A stretch of 64,000 nt of DNA, taken from an uncultured Acidobacteriota bacterium (lineage in GTDB: Bacteria > Acidobacteriota > Thermoanaerobaculia > Gp7-AA8). The translations under genes and the position numbers were made by a program. Shown in pieces: positions 1-9,252 of this stretch. A model generated the notes under the pieces. It saw only the letters and a program-made list of their open reading frames with translations. It ran no database searches and was not told the DNA's origin. Location: assembly GCA_963741955.1 (NCBI GenBank), contig CAVUKB010000005.1, positions 32,001-96,000 of the forward strand, read 5' to 3'. The first letter of the stretch is position 1. Every line of letters begins with the position of its first letter.

Positions 1-1
1 T

Positions 2-367
2 GCCGGCGATGGGCCGGTGACCTTCATCGCCGGCGATACGGGAATCGCGCCGGTGCGGAGCATGATCCTCGATCTGGTCGCTACCCGGAATCCCCGCCCG
101 GTGAAAGTACTGTTCGAGCCCTACGACTCGGTGCTCCTCTACGAGCGCGACCTGGCACCGCTGGCCAGAGCCGGGAGGATCGGATACGAGACGGGCAGCG
201 TGGACGATCTGGTGGGGCGAAATCGCGATGCGATCGCGAAATCAGTCGTTCGTGTCTCCGGCTACGAGCCCTTCCTCGTGAAAGTGAAGGGAATCTTCGC
301 GGCGGCTGGTCTCGAGCCCGAGGCGCAGTTCGAGTCGTTCGGACACTTACCGGAGCCAGCCGGGTAG
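2..367 (+). CDS. FNR-family oxidoreductase, NAD-binding C-terminal part (5' truncated by window edge)
   Basis: Frame is open from the window start; 'FIAGDTGIAPVRSM' is the NAD-binding motif and it ends near 'FESFG'. Confidence 0.7.
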   Translation, partial: AGDGPVTFIAGDTGIAPVRSMILDLVATRNPRPVKVLFEPYDSVLLYERDLAPLARAGRIGYETGSVDDLVGRNRDAIAKSVVRVSGYEPFLVKVKGIFAAAGLEPEAQFESFGHLPEPAG

Positions 368-1030
368 CACGCCCTGACGGCGGGCGTTGTCGCGGAACTG
401 ATCGAGCGCGCGTTGCGCCTGCTCCACCGCCAGCGCCGCCTGCGGGATCTGTTCGCGCGTCAGCTGGAGGTTGAAGGTCTGGTAGCTGAAGTCATTCGGT
501 CTGTAACCGACCGATAGGAGCCCGAGAATCTCGTCCTGGAGATTCTGTTCTTTCCGCTTCAACAGTTCGAGATTGTCTTTCGCCCGACGAACGCTTTCCT
601 CGAGCTGCTGCGCCTGGCGCTTCCAGGCCCACTCGTCGTTCGGTGTAGGCTGGGGCACTGTGGGCGGCTGGACGGGAGCAAGCTCCATCTGTGTGGCGGG
701 AGCCGGAATCCCGGAGTGGTTCTCTTCGAGCTCGCGGAGGAGTCGTTGTTTCTCTGCTTCGGTGACCTTCAGGGGAAGATGGGCTTCGTCGCGCTGCGGG
801 GTGGTGATGCCGATCTTCCGGTTCACGGCCTGGCGAGTCGCTGCGAAATCGATCTCCTCGAGTGGGAGCGAATAGAGTTTTCTATCGATCTGGTGGAAGA
901 TGACCTGATTCTGCTCCACCTCGATCGGCCCGAGCACCGGAATGGTGTGACCGTCACGGAGTACCAGGAGATCGACCGGTCCTCCGAGGGGAACCGCGGT
1001 CAGAAACAGTAGCAGCAGCGCCTGAATCAT
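347..1030 (-). CDS. Secreted hypothetical protein with C-terminal coiled coil
   Basis: 227 aa; hydrophobic N-terminal signal, Pro-rich linker, heptad-rich C-terminus. Confidence 0.7.
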   Translation of the reverse strand: MIQALLLLFLTAVPLGGPVDLLVLRDGHTIPVLGPIEVEQNQVIFHQIDRKLYSLPLEEIDFAATRQAVNRKIGITTPQRDEAHLPLKVTEAEKQRLLRELEENHSGIPAPATQMELAPVQPPTVPQPTPNDEWAWKRQAQQLEESVRRAKDNLELLKRKEQNLQDEILGLLSVGYRPNDFSYQTFNLQLTREQIPQAALAVEQAQRALDQFRDNARRQGVLPGWLR

Positions 1031-1132
1031 GATCGTATTCTACAACCGCCCCGCCCGCCGTGCACTTCCCCGCCGCGACTTCGGAATCTGGGAAACCGCG
1101 ATTTCGGGTGGGGGAGCGTTCCATCGGCTATA

Positions 1133-1295
1133 CTGACTGGCTGGTGCCGGAGCGTTCATTGCACGGCAATCGCCATCGGGTACAGTCGAGTCGGAATGAC
1201 CTTCAAGCATTTTCATTTCAGGGAGCCCGAAACGGGGGGAGCAGAGTCGAGCTTCCGTACACCGCGAGGGCCGGTGCACTCCGGACCGGCGTCAG
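1133..1295. other. Long imperfect inverted repeat; candidate structured RNA or leader
   Basis: 1133-1167 pairs with 1270-1295 (CTGAC/GTCAG, GCTGGT/ACCGGC, CCGGAG/CTCCGG, TGCAC/GTGCA); inner CGGGTAC/GTACACCG; TATACT at 1129-1134. Confidence 0.35.
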
Positions 1296-1318
1296 GCCGC
1301 CGGCACAGCTGATCGGAA

Positions 1319-2599
1319 ATGGGAAGTAGCATCTTCTCCTCACAAGCTCTCGTGCTCGCGATCGTGAGCGGCATTCTCTTCCTCATTTTCGATGCCGCCC
1401 GCTTCTTCGTCCACCAGCTCAGCCCGATGCGGCTCAAACGCTGGAGTGGCAGCGATCCGAACATCGAGCGCGGAAGCCGCTGGTTTCAGTACCGTCCGAA
1501 CCACTTCTCGCTGCTTACCGGGGCCCTCCTGCAGATCTCGCTGGTCGGCGCTGCTGCCTTCACCATGATCGCGCTGATGGGAGAGGGAATCGTGGTGGCC
1601 GCGGTGACCTCCATCGCCATCTGGGGATTCGTCGCCATCGGCTGGAAGATGGTGCTCGCGATCGTTCCCGATGGTGCGGCGGAGATCATCCTTCGCTCTC
1701 TGATCCCGGTCTCCCACTTTTTCTATTATCTCTTCTGGCCGCTTCTCTTTCCCGTCCACTGGCTCCTCGAGCGCGTCAGCCGCCACAGTGCGGAAGAAGA
1801 TGACGAAGAGGAAGTGACGGACGAAGAGGTGCAGGCGTACATCGACGTCGGTGAAGAAGAGGGGATTCTCGAAAAGGGAGAGGGAAAGCTGGTCCAATCG
1901 ATCGTCGATTTCGGCGACACGATCGTCCGGGAGGTGATGACTCCCCGGATGGAGATGCTCGCCTTCGAGAGCAGCGGATCGATCGAGCAGCTCGCAGAGG
2001 TGTTCAGCGAATCGAAATACTCCAGAATCCCCCTCTATCAGGAGAATATCGACCGTATCGTCGGCATGGTCCACGTCAAGGATCTGTTCGACGTCTTTCT
2101 CCGGCACGAAGCGAAGAGCGTCCGCGACATCGCCCGTCCAGCCTATTTCGTTGCGGAAACGAAGAAGGTGTCGGAGCTCCTGCGCGAGTTTCAGCTGGAG
2201 CATACCCAGATGGCAATCGTGGTCGACGAGTTTGGCGGAACGGCCGGTCTGGTGAGTATCGAGGATCTGATCGAAGAGATCGTCGGCGAGATCGCGGACG
2301 AGCACGAACAGGAAGAACCGACCGTTCTGGAGATCGAAGACGGGGTCTGGCTGGTGACCGGGGCGACGCGGATCGAGGTGCTCGAAGAAATGCTCGGGCT
2401 GGACATTCGTGGCGACGACGACTACGAGACGGTCGCAGGGCTGATCTTCACCCAGATGGGGCGCGTTCCGAAGAGTGGCGAACGGACATCGAAGAGCGGT
2501 CTGACCTTCGAGGTCGATCGGGCCGACCGGCGCCGTATCTACCGGGTGCGCGTCTCCCGCGCTCCCGAAGTCCCGCAGGAAGAGGTCGCGAGAGGATGA
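1319..2599 (+). CDS. Hemolysin-family CNNM/CBS/CorC-domain protein (TlyC/CorC-like)
   Basis: N-terminal TM helices, 'VREVMTPR', 'YSRIPLY', 'VVDEFGGTAGLVSIEDLIEEIVGEI', C-terminal CorC 'YETVAGL'. Confidence 0.9.
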   Translation: MGSSIFSSQALVLAIVSGILFLIFDAARFFVHQLSPMRLKRWSGSDPNIERGSRWFQYRPNHFSLLTGALLQISLVGAAAFTMIALMGEGIVVAAVTSIAIWGFVAIGWKMVLAIVPDGAAEIILRSLIPVSHFFYYLFWPLLFPVHWLLERVSRHSAEEDDEEEVTDEEVQAYIDVGEEEGILEKGEGKLVQSIVDFGDTIVREVMTPRMEMLAFESSGSIEQLAEVFSESKYSRIPLYQENIDRIVGMVHVKDLFDVFLRHEAKSVRDIARPAYFVAETKKVSELLREFQLEHTQMAIVVDEFGGTAGLVSIEDLIEEIVGEIADEHEQEEPTVLEIEDGVWLVTGATRIEVLEEMLGLDIRGDDDYETVAGLIFTQMGRVPKSGERTSKSGLTFEVDRADRRRIYRVRVSRAPEVPQEEVARG

Positions 2600-3525
2600 A
2601 CGTGAGCGATACGGAAGCGCAGGGAACGAAGTTCGGTATGGTCGCTCTGATCGGTCGTCCGAACGCAGGAAAATCGACCCTGCTGAACGCGATTCTCGGA
2701 CAGAAGGTCTCCATCGTCTCCGACAAACCGCAGACTACCCGCAACCGGATCGTCGGGATCCTCAACCGCCCCGAAGGGCAGATCGCGTTCCTCGACACTC
2801 CGGGGATTCACAAGCCGCTGCACCGGATGAACGTGCGGATGATGGATCACGTCGTCTCCAGCCTCTCCGAAGCGGACGTGGTGGTGGTGATTGTCGACGT
2901 CTCGCAAGCGTTCGGTCATGGCGACGAGTTCGTACTCGACCTCCTCAGAAGGTCTGCGGAAGACGATGTCCGCCGTGTGGCGGTGTTGAACAAGATCGAT
3001 CTGGTGAAGAAGCCGAAGATGCTTCCACTCATGCAGCGCTACGGCACTCTCGGCCTCTTTTCCGACATCGTCCCGGTGTCGGCGCTCTCGGGCGACGGCG
3101 TCTCGAATCTCCTCCGCGTGCTGTACGACTCGATCCCGGAAGGTCGTCCCCGTTTTCCGGTCGAGGACTACACAACGCAGCCAGAGCGCTTCTTCGCCGC
3201 GGAGATCGTTCGCGAGAAACTCCTACACCACACCTCCGAGGAGCTCCCGTATACCACTGCAGTGGCGGTCGACCGGTGGGAGGACGACGAAGAAAAGGGG
3301 CTGATCCGGATCTGGGCGACCATCTTCGTCGAGCGTGAATCGCAGAAGAAGATCGTGATCGGAAAGGGCGGCTCGATGATCAAGCAGATCGGAACCGAGG
3401 CGCGCGTGGAACTCGAGTCGATCCTCGGCTCGCGCCTCTACCTCGACCTCAGAGTCACCACGCATTCTTCATGGCGCGAAGACGAGAGGTTCCTGGGGGA
3501 ACTGGATTGGCCGCTCGGGGAGTGA
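2596..3525 (+). CDS. era: GTPase Era
   Basis: GRPNAGKSTL, KPQTTR, DTPG, NKID, KH domain 'VIGKGGSMIKQIG'; ATGA overlap with upstream gene. Confidence 0.97.
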   Translation: MNVSDTEAQGTKFGMVALIGRPNAGKSTLLNAILGQKVSIVSDKPQTTRNRIVGILNRPEGQIAFLDTPGIHKPLHRMNVRMMDHVVSSLSEADVVVVIVDVSQAFGHGDEFVLDLLRRSAEDDVRRVAVLNKIDLVKKPKMLPLMQRYGTLGLFSDIVPVSALSGDGVSNLLRVLYDSIPEGRPRFPVEDYTTQPERFFAAEIVREKLLHHTSEELPYTTAVAVDRWEDDEEKGLIRIWATIFVERESQKKIVIGKGGSMIKQIGTEARVELESILGSRLYLDLRVTTHSSWREDERFLGELDWPLGE

Positions 3526-3621
3526 CTCGAGTCTCCTGATCCAACCTCGGGGACCATCGCGCCGCACTCGCGGTTCACGGATCCGGAAGACGGAAAACCA
3601 CGAACGAACGGAGATCGGTTC

Positions 3622-4242
3622 ATGCTCAACTACATCTGGTTCGGCCTGATGGTCGTCGCGCTGATCGTCGCGGCGTTCAACGGAACCGCGGCGGAAGTCA
3701 CCGCCGGTGCGCTCGATTCCGCGAAGACGGCGGTGGAGATCTCGATCGGGCTGATCGGCGTGATGGCTCTCTGGCTGGGAGTGATGCGCATCGCCGAAAA
3801 GTCGGGGCTGGTCATGCTTCTCTCGCGCCTGATTGCTCCGCTCACCCGCTTCGTCTTCCCGGAGATTCCGCACGACCATCCGGCAATGGGCGCGATCATC
3901 ATGAATGTCGCAGCCAACATGCTGGGTCTGAACAACGCCGCCACGCCGCTCGGAATCAAGGCGATGGAAGATCTGCAGGACCTGAATCCGGACAAGGAGA
4001 CGGCGAGTAACTCCATGGCCATGCTCATGGCCATCAACACGGCCGGAATCCAGCTGATCCCGGCGACGACCATCGCCATCCTCGCCGCGGCGGGGTCGAA
4101 AGAGCCGACCGTGATCATCGGAACGACGCTGATCGCCACCGCAGTGAGCATGATCGTGGCGATCATCGCCACACGGATTCTGCAGCCATTCTTCCCGTAC
4201 CGGGACGCAAGTGACGAAGTGACACCCGAGGGGAAGGCGTGA
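3622..4242 (+). CDS. spmA: Nucleoside-recognition (Gate) domain protein, SpmA
   Basis: 'MLNYIW', 'LWLGVMRIAEKSGL', 'ANMLGLNNAATPLGIKAM'. Confidence 0.9.
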   Translation: MLNYIWFGLMVVALIVAAFNGTAAEVTAGALDSAKTAVEISIGLIGVMALWLGVMRIAEKSGLVMLLSRLIAPLTRFVFPEIPHDHPAMGAIIMNVAANMLGLNNAATPLGIKAMEDLQDLNPDKETASNSMAMLMAINTAGIQLIPATTIAILAAAGSKEPTVIIGTTLIATAVSMIVAIIATRILQPFFPYRDASDEVTPEGKA

Positions 4243-4775
4243 TGAGGTTCCTCCTCGAGCAGATCTCCCTCTGGGCGATTCCGGTCCTCCTGGTCGGGAT
4301 TCCGTTTTACGGGTTGATCCGGAAGGTCAAGGTTTACGAGGCATTCGTCGATGGAGCGAAGGAAGGATTCGACGTCGCGGTGAAGATCATCCCGTACCTG
4401 GTGGCGATCCTCGTGGCGATCGGGATGTTTCGCGGATCGGGCGCCATGCAACTGTTGACCCGAGCGCTCGCGCCGGTGCTTTCTGCCGTCCACTTCCCGG
4501 CCGAGCTCGTCCCGCTTGCGATCATGCGGCCGCTCACCGGGAGCGGATCGCTCGCGCTGGTCACGGACATCGTGAAGGCGCACGGAGCGGACTCGATCCT
4601 CGCGCGGATGGCCTCGACGATGTACGGGAGCTCCGAGACGACGTTTTACGTCCTTGCGGTCTACTTCGGCGCGGTCGGGGTGAAGAAAACGCGGCACTCG
4701 ATTCCCGCAGCGCTGATTGGCGATCTCGCTGCGGTGATCGTCTCCGTCGCGATCTGCCGCTGGATGTTCGCGTAG
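4239..4775 (+). CDS. spmB: Spore maturation protein B family membrane protein
   Basis: 'KVYEAFVDGAKEGF', 'RPLTGSGS', 'GSSETTFYVLAVYFGAVG'. Confidence 0.9.
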   Translation: MMRFLLEQISLWAIPVLLVGIPFYGLIRKVKVYEAFVDGAKEGFDVAVKIIPYLVAILVAIGMFRGSGAMQLLTRALAPVLSAVHFPAELVPLAIMRPLTGSGSLALVTDIVKAHGADSILARMASTMYGSSETTFYVLAVYFGAVGVKKTRHSIPAALIGDLAAVIVSVAICRWMFA

Positions 4776-4791
4776 GAGTCTGCGCGGTAGA
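4776..4791 (+). mobile_element. Solo terminal inverted repeat of the IS1182/MITE-A family
   Basis: GAGTCTGCGCGGTAGA directly after the spmB TAG; identical to the MITE-A left end. Confidence 0.7.
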
Positions 4792-4796
4792 GAAAG

Positions 4797-5185
4797 TGAG
4801 TCGCGCAAGGTGGATCGTGCATCCTGCGCGAGGCTCCCGGCATCATGGCGGGGAGCGATGGCATCCACGAAACGCGTATCGTTCCTCTCGCGCGGTGGTG
4901 TGTTCGCGTCTGGGAGGGTCGTCGTAGCTTACCCGGAGCAGGGCGGCGCGGGACGCCGCCCTGCATCGGGCGAGGACGCCCAACCCACAGAGGCCGCCCT
5001 TCATCGGGCGAGGACGCCCAACCCACAGACGCCGCCCTGCATCGGGCGAGGACGCCCAACCCACAGAGGCCGCCCTGCATCGGGCGAGGAGGCTCAACCC
5101 ACCGACGCCGCCCTGCATCGGGCGAGGACGCCCAACCCACAGAGGCCGCCCTGCATCGGGCGAGGAGGCTCAACCCACCGACGCT
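4797..5185. repeat. REP-like repeat family 1: one degenerate unit plus about 7 tandem ~30 bp subunits
   Basis: 4810-4985 resembles the unit at 11891-13300; followed by repeated CCCTGCATCGGGCGAGGACGCCCAACCCAC. Confidence 0.85.
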
Positions 5186-5255
5186 ACCCGAACCTTCCTT
5201 GCGATCTGTTTTTGATCGCAGGCCTCTCAAGACACGTTTCCCCTGACCGTGGTGA

Positions 5256-5870
5256 TCAGCTTCCCGGGCGTGCCAGGTACCAGCGGCCGTTCTCGCGGAG
5301 CATCTTCACTTCCTCGTCGCCGACCTTGACGGAAGCATGATCGCCGTCGACCTGGATCTTTCCGGCCTTCCCGAGCGGCATGAATGGCTGATTCGCCAGC
5401 TGGGGCAGCGAGAGGATGAGCGAGGTCAGCTCCGCGACGTAGCCGGTGACGTCGATGTTTCCGTAGAGATCCTGTGCACGCTTGCGCATGTGCGCGTCGA
5501 GCTCTGCCTGTGTGGTGCTCGAGTCGACCACCATGGGATGCGGATCGGGCTTGTTCACCACGCCGTACTTCTTCCGGAGCTTCTCGATTTTCTTAGCGAG
5601 CGTTTTGACGTGCTCGTCTCCCGACGGATCGGCCACCATGTCCGCGCCGATGTCAGTCTGGAGCGCGAGGAGCGGCATCTCGGAGGGAGCAACCATCCGG
5701 ACCAGCGAATCGATATCCCGATTCTCCGCTGCTTTCTGCATCGCTGCGAGCAGTGCCTCGGGGGAGTCCGCCCCCTTCTGTGCGAGTGCGACCGTCGCAG
5801 ACAACAGCATGAGCGAGCCTGCGATACTTGTCGCGATCCACCGAGTCGATCGTGAACCGAAGTGTGACAT
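5256..5870 (-). CDS. Secreted hypothetical protein
   Basis: Start MSHFGS follows RBS GGGAGGAGAG; signal peptide ends 'ATVALA-Q'. Confidence 0.75.
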   Translation of the reverse strand: MSHFGSRSTRWIATSIAGSLMLLSATVALAQKGADSPEALLAAMQKAAENRDIDSLVRMVAPSEMPLLALQTDIGADMVADPSGDEHVKTLAKKIEKLRKKYGVVNKPDPHPMVVDSSTTQAELDAHMRKRAQDLYGNIDVTGYVAELTSLILSLPQLANQPFMPLGKAGKIQVDGDHASVKVGDEEVKMLRENGRWYLARPGS

Positions 5871-5918
5871 CTCTCCTCCCGGGTCGGGGCGACGGATCGC
5901 TCTTCGATCCGTCACTCG

Positions 5919-5970
5919 CCCGCATCTCTCACACCGTCTCCTCGCGACGAGACGGTGTGAGAAATGCGGG
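5919..5970. mobile_element. Internally deleted MITE-B (52 bp hairpin of fused terminal IRs)
   Basis: CCCGCATCTCTCACACCGTCTC...GAGACGGTGTGAGAAATGCGGG; right part identical to 29245-29277. Confidence 0.8.
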
Positions 5971-6230
5971 CTGAACCGAATGGCCGGTGCTCTCCGTTTC
6001 CTCGGAGATGCCCGGGGCGACTGAATTGTACGAGTGAGATGAAGTCTACCACGCAGGCGCCGCTCATTCATCTCGTCCGCACGCGCAACGATGCGCGGCG
6101 AGCTCCAGGAGAAGGAGAATTCATGGCCCGGCCGTACGGATCCATTCTCCTCGAGCGCTTGCGCCGCGTGCTCGCAAGACGAGGCGCGCCCCGCTGGAGA
6201 TCGAGGTCGGACATCCGATCTTTCTCTCGC

Positions 6231-7502
6231 TCAGACCTGCCCTCGCAGCAGATCCTCCATCGGCTGCCGCTCCCGCACCAGAGTGACTTCCGTCCCGCGG
6301 ACCATCAGCTCGGGGGGGAGAAGCCGCGCATTGTAGTGCGAGGCCATCGAGAAGCCGTAGGCCCCTGCATCGCAGAACGCGACCACATCGCCTTCGTGGA
6401 GTCCGGGAACCCAGCGGGGCTCGAGTCCGTTCTCGCTACGAGTGAACACGTCTCCCGACTCGCAGAGGTTGCCGCCGATGATCACTCCGTCGGCATCGTG
6501 CGGGCTTCCGGGCCGGACGTTCTCGCGCAGGAGTGCGTCGTCGCCTCTAGATGCGTTCAGCACGTGATGGTAGCTGCCGTACTTCGACGGCCGGACGAGA
6601 TGATTGAATCCGGTATCGACACCGACCCACTCCACACCCGCGCTGAGCCGCTTCGCGGTGACCCGGGCGAGGAGAGTCCCCGATTGCGCAGCGACGTAGC
6701 GGCCCGGCTCGAGGATCGCCTTCAATCCGCGCTTCCGGAGGATCTCCCCGGCGAGCTCACCGAGACGCTGACCGTATTCTTCGATCGGGAACTCCGACTC
6801 TCCCGGTTTGTACGGGATGCTGATTCCGCCGCCGAAGTTGACCCACTTCAGCTCGTCGAAGGCGTCGAGATGGTCGGTCAGCGTGCGGGCCGAACGGAGA
6901 AGAGGGTCGACCTCCGTGACGCCCGAGCCGATGTGGGCGTGGATTCCAACGATTGTCCGGCCTTCGTCGGTCGCGATCATCCGCGCGGAGTCGAGCTCGG
7001 CGAGATCGATCCCGAACTTCACGCCCAATCCGCCGGTGACAACGTCGCGATGGTGTCCGGCCCCGACGTCGGGATTGATGCGGAGTGCGATCGGATTGGG
7101 CAGTCCCAGAGCGAGGAACTTGTCGAGCTCCGCGAGTGAATTGATGTTGACCACGATCTCGGGATCGTCCAGCTCACGAAGGTCCTCCTGAGAGACGTTC
7201 GAACCGGTGAACCAGATCCGAGTCGAGTCGAAGCCCGCATGCTTCGCGAGGAATACTTCGCCCGGAGAGACGGCATCACAGCCGAATCCGAATCCGTGGA
7301 GGAGTCTGAGGATCGCGAGATTCGAGTTCGCCTTCATGGCGTAAAACGGCTGGAAGGGGAGAGAGGAGAATGCGGAGAGGATGCGTTTCGCCTGCCGTTC
7401 GATGACGTCAGCGTCGTAGACGTACAGCGGTGACCCGAACGTCTCGATCAGCTCGGTTGCAGCCACACCGCCGATGTGAAGGGTTCCATTCTGATATCGC
7501 AT
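6231..7502 (-). CDS. lysA: Diaminopimelate decarboxylase
   Basis: 'FGSPLYVYD', PLP lysine 'YAMKANSN', 'HAHIGSG', 'EPGRY', 'CESGD', 'GAYGFSMASHYN'. Confidence 0.95.
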   Translation of the reverse strand: MRYQNGTLHIGGVAATELIETFGSPLYVYDADVIERQAKRILSAFSSLPFQPFYAMKANSNLAILRLLHGFGFGCDAVSPGEVFLAKHAGFDSTRIWFTGSNVSQEDLRELDDPEIVVNINSLAELDKFLALGLPNPIALRINPDVGAGHHRDVVTGGLGVKFGIDLAELDSARMIATDEGRTIVGIHAHIGSGVTEVDPLLRSARTLTDHLDAFDELKWVNFGGGISIPYKPGESEFPIEEYGQRLGELAGEILRKRGLKAILEPGRYVAAQSGTLLARVTAKRLSAGVEWVGVDTGFNHLVRPSKYGSYHHVLNASRGDDALLRENVRPGSPHDADGVIIGGNLCESGDVFTRSENGLEPRWVPGLHEGDVVAFCDAGAYGFSMASHYNARLLPPELMVRGTEVTLVRERQPMEDLLRGQV

Positions 7503-7615
7503 GATCTCGATTCGCCGTCCAGATTCGGATCCGCGGCGCGGCAGCATGTGACACGAAACCGCTTCGGATTTCAAGTGTTCGCTTTGGAGCCTCTTCGCTA
7601 GAATGGACCTCGAAC

Positions 7616-9241
7616 ATGTCCACCTCCGTCCCACTCCCCGACACCGCCGAAGAGTGGAAGGCGCCGTCGGCCGCGCCCGAAGTCCGGATGGTGAACCTGT
7701 TCGACCGCGCGTACGACGGTGTCGTCGCGGCCGCCCGTACCTGCTACTCCACGAGAATCATCACCCCGGAGCAGGTCGGAGGCGACGCGGTCGTCGACCA
7801 CGAGGATCGTCAGGCCCGCCAGGAGCGTCGTGACCGACTCGCCGAGGAGATTTACCGCGCCGGTCATCACACGACGTACCAGCACGCCCACGTCCAGTTC
7901 GCTCTGACCAACGTGTCGCGTCAGTTTCTCTGGTCGTTTCTCCACGCGCATCCCTTCTACAACTCGGAACAGGTGAGCCAGAGATACGTCGAAGTGCGCG
8001 ATGGCAACTACCTCGTTCCGCCGCTCCAGGGAAAGGCGCTCGAGATCTATCTCCGGACCGTCCGGATGCAAAGCGATGCCTATCACCGGCTGATCGAAGT
8101 TCTCCATCCGACTGCGGAGCGGGAGTATCTGAAGCTCTTTCCGGGGCGGAAGAAGAATCCGGAACGCGTGGCGAAGGATGTGAAGAAGAGGGCTCAGGAG
8201 ATCGCCCGCTACGTTCTCCCGGTCGCGACCTTCGCCTATCTCTACCATACCGTCAGCGTTCTGACGCTGTTCCGCTACTACCGTCTCGCGAACGAGCTCG
8301 ATGCTCCTGCCGAACAGCGCTTCGTGATCGGAAAGATGGTCAGCGAGCTTCTCGCCCGCGAACCGGACTATCGGAAGATTCTCGAGGAGCCGATTCCGCT
8401 CGAGGAGACGCTGGAGTACCAGACGTTCGCTTCTCTCCGGAGCTCTCTCTCGCCGGGAGCGAACCGGGTCTTCCGCGAAGAATTCGACCAGAGTCTGGAG
8501 GGCCGCGTCTCGAAGCTGATCGACTGGAAGGCGAACGCCGTCTCGACGCTCGCCTCTTCCGTCCGGGAAGTCCTCGGGATTCCGCGCGAAGCACTCTCGG
8601 ACTGTGACGCAGTCCGGCTCGTGCTCGATCCCGCCAGGAATCGGTACCTGTCCGAATCGCTGGTGCTGACCACGATCGGCAAACTGACCCGGTCGATGCA
8701 CAACGTTCATTACACTTTCCGGAAGAAGCTGAGCCACACCGCCGACTCACAGGACCAGCGACACCGGATGACTCCGGCCTCGCGCCCGGTGGTGCACGCC
8801 TATCTGAGTGAGGAGCCGGATTACGTCGTTCCGATGCTGATCGGAGAGAACGCGGAAGGAGGGGAGATCTACGCGTCGACGATGAAGGAAACCTGGAACG
8901 CCATCGGACGGCTCAGAGAGCTCGGGGTGGATGCGACGGATGTCGCGTACCTTCTGCCGAACGCCGTTTCGATCCGCTTCACCGAATCTTCGGATCTCCT
9001 CAATCTGCATCACAAGCACAAGATGCGACTCTGTTATAACGCGCAGGAAGAGATCTGGCGCGCGTCGCTCGACGAGGCGATCCAGATTCGCGAGCTGCAT
9101 CCCGAGATCGGATCGTACCTCCTTCCACCCTGCACTCCGCGGAAGGAAGCGAAGGTCCGGCCGTACTGCCCGGAAGGACCGCGGTACTGCGGCGTCCCGG
9201 TCTGGAATCTCGATCTCGAAGAATACGAGAGGATCCTCTGA
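7616..9241 (+). CDS. thyX: FAD-dependent thymidylate synthase with two tandem Thy1 domains
   Basis: Domain 1 'GHHTTYQH...SEQVSQRYV...ARYVLP'; domain 2 'SQDQRHRMTPAS...AYLLPNA...RLCYNAQEEI'. Confidence 0.88.
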   Translation: MSTSVPLPDTAEEWKAPSAAPEVRMVNLFDRAYDGVVAAARTCYSTRIITPEQVGGDAVVDHEDRQARQERRDRLAEEIYRAGHHTTYQHAHVQFALTNVSRQFLWSFLHAHPFYNSEQVSQRYVEVRDGNYLVPPLQGKALEIYLRTVRMQSDAYHRLIEVLHPTAEREYLKLFPGRKKNPERVAKDVKKRAQEIARYVLPVATFAYLYHTVSVLTLFRYYRLANELDAPAEQRFVIGKMVSELLAREPDYRKILEEPIPLEETLEYQTFASLRSSLSPGANRVFREEFDQSLEGRVSKLIDWKANAVSTLASSVREVLGIPREALSDCDAVRLVLDPARNRYLSESLVLTTIGKLTRSMHNVHYTFRKKLSHTADSQDQRHRMTPASRPVVHAYLSEEPDYVVPMLIGENAEGGEIYASTMKETWNAIGRLRELGVDATDVAYLLPNAVSIRFTESSDLLNLHHKHKMRLCYNAQEEIWRASLDEAIQIRELHPEIGSYLLPPCTPRKEAKVRPYCPEGPRYCGVPVWNLDLEEYERIL

Positions 9242-9252
9242 GGAGACTGCCG

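Noticed and set aside
3622-4775. Sporulation inferred from spmAB and the CgeB-like gene
   Set aside because: These families are widespread in non-sporulating bacteria, and no core sporulation genes are present
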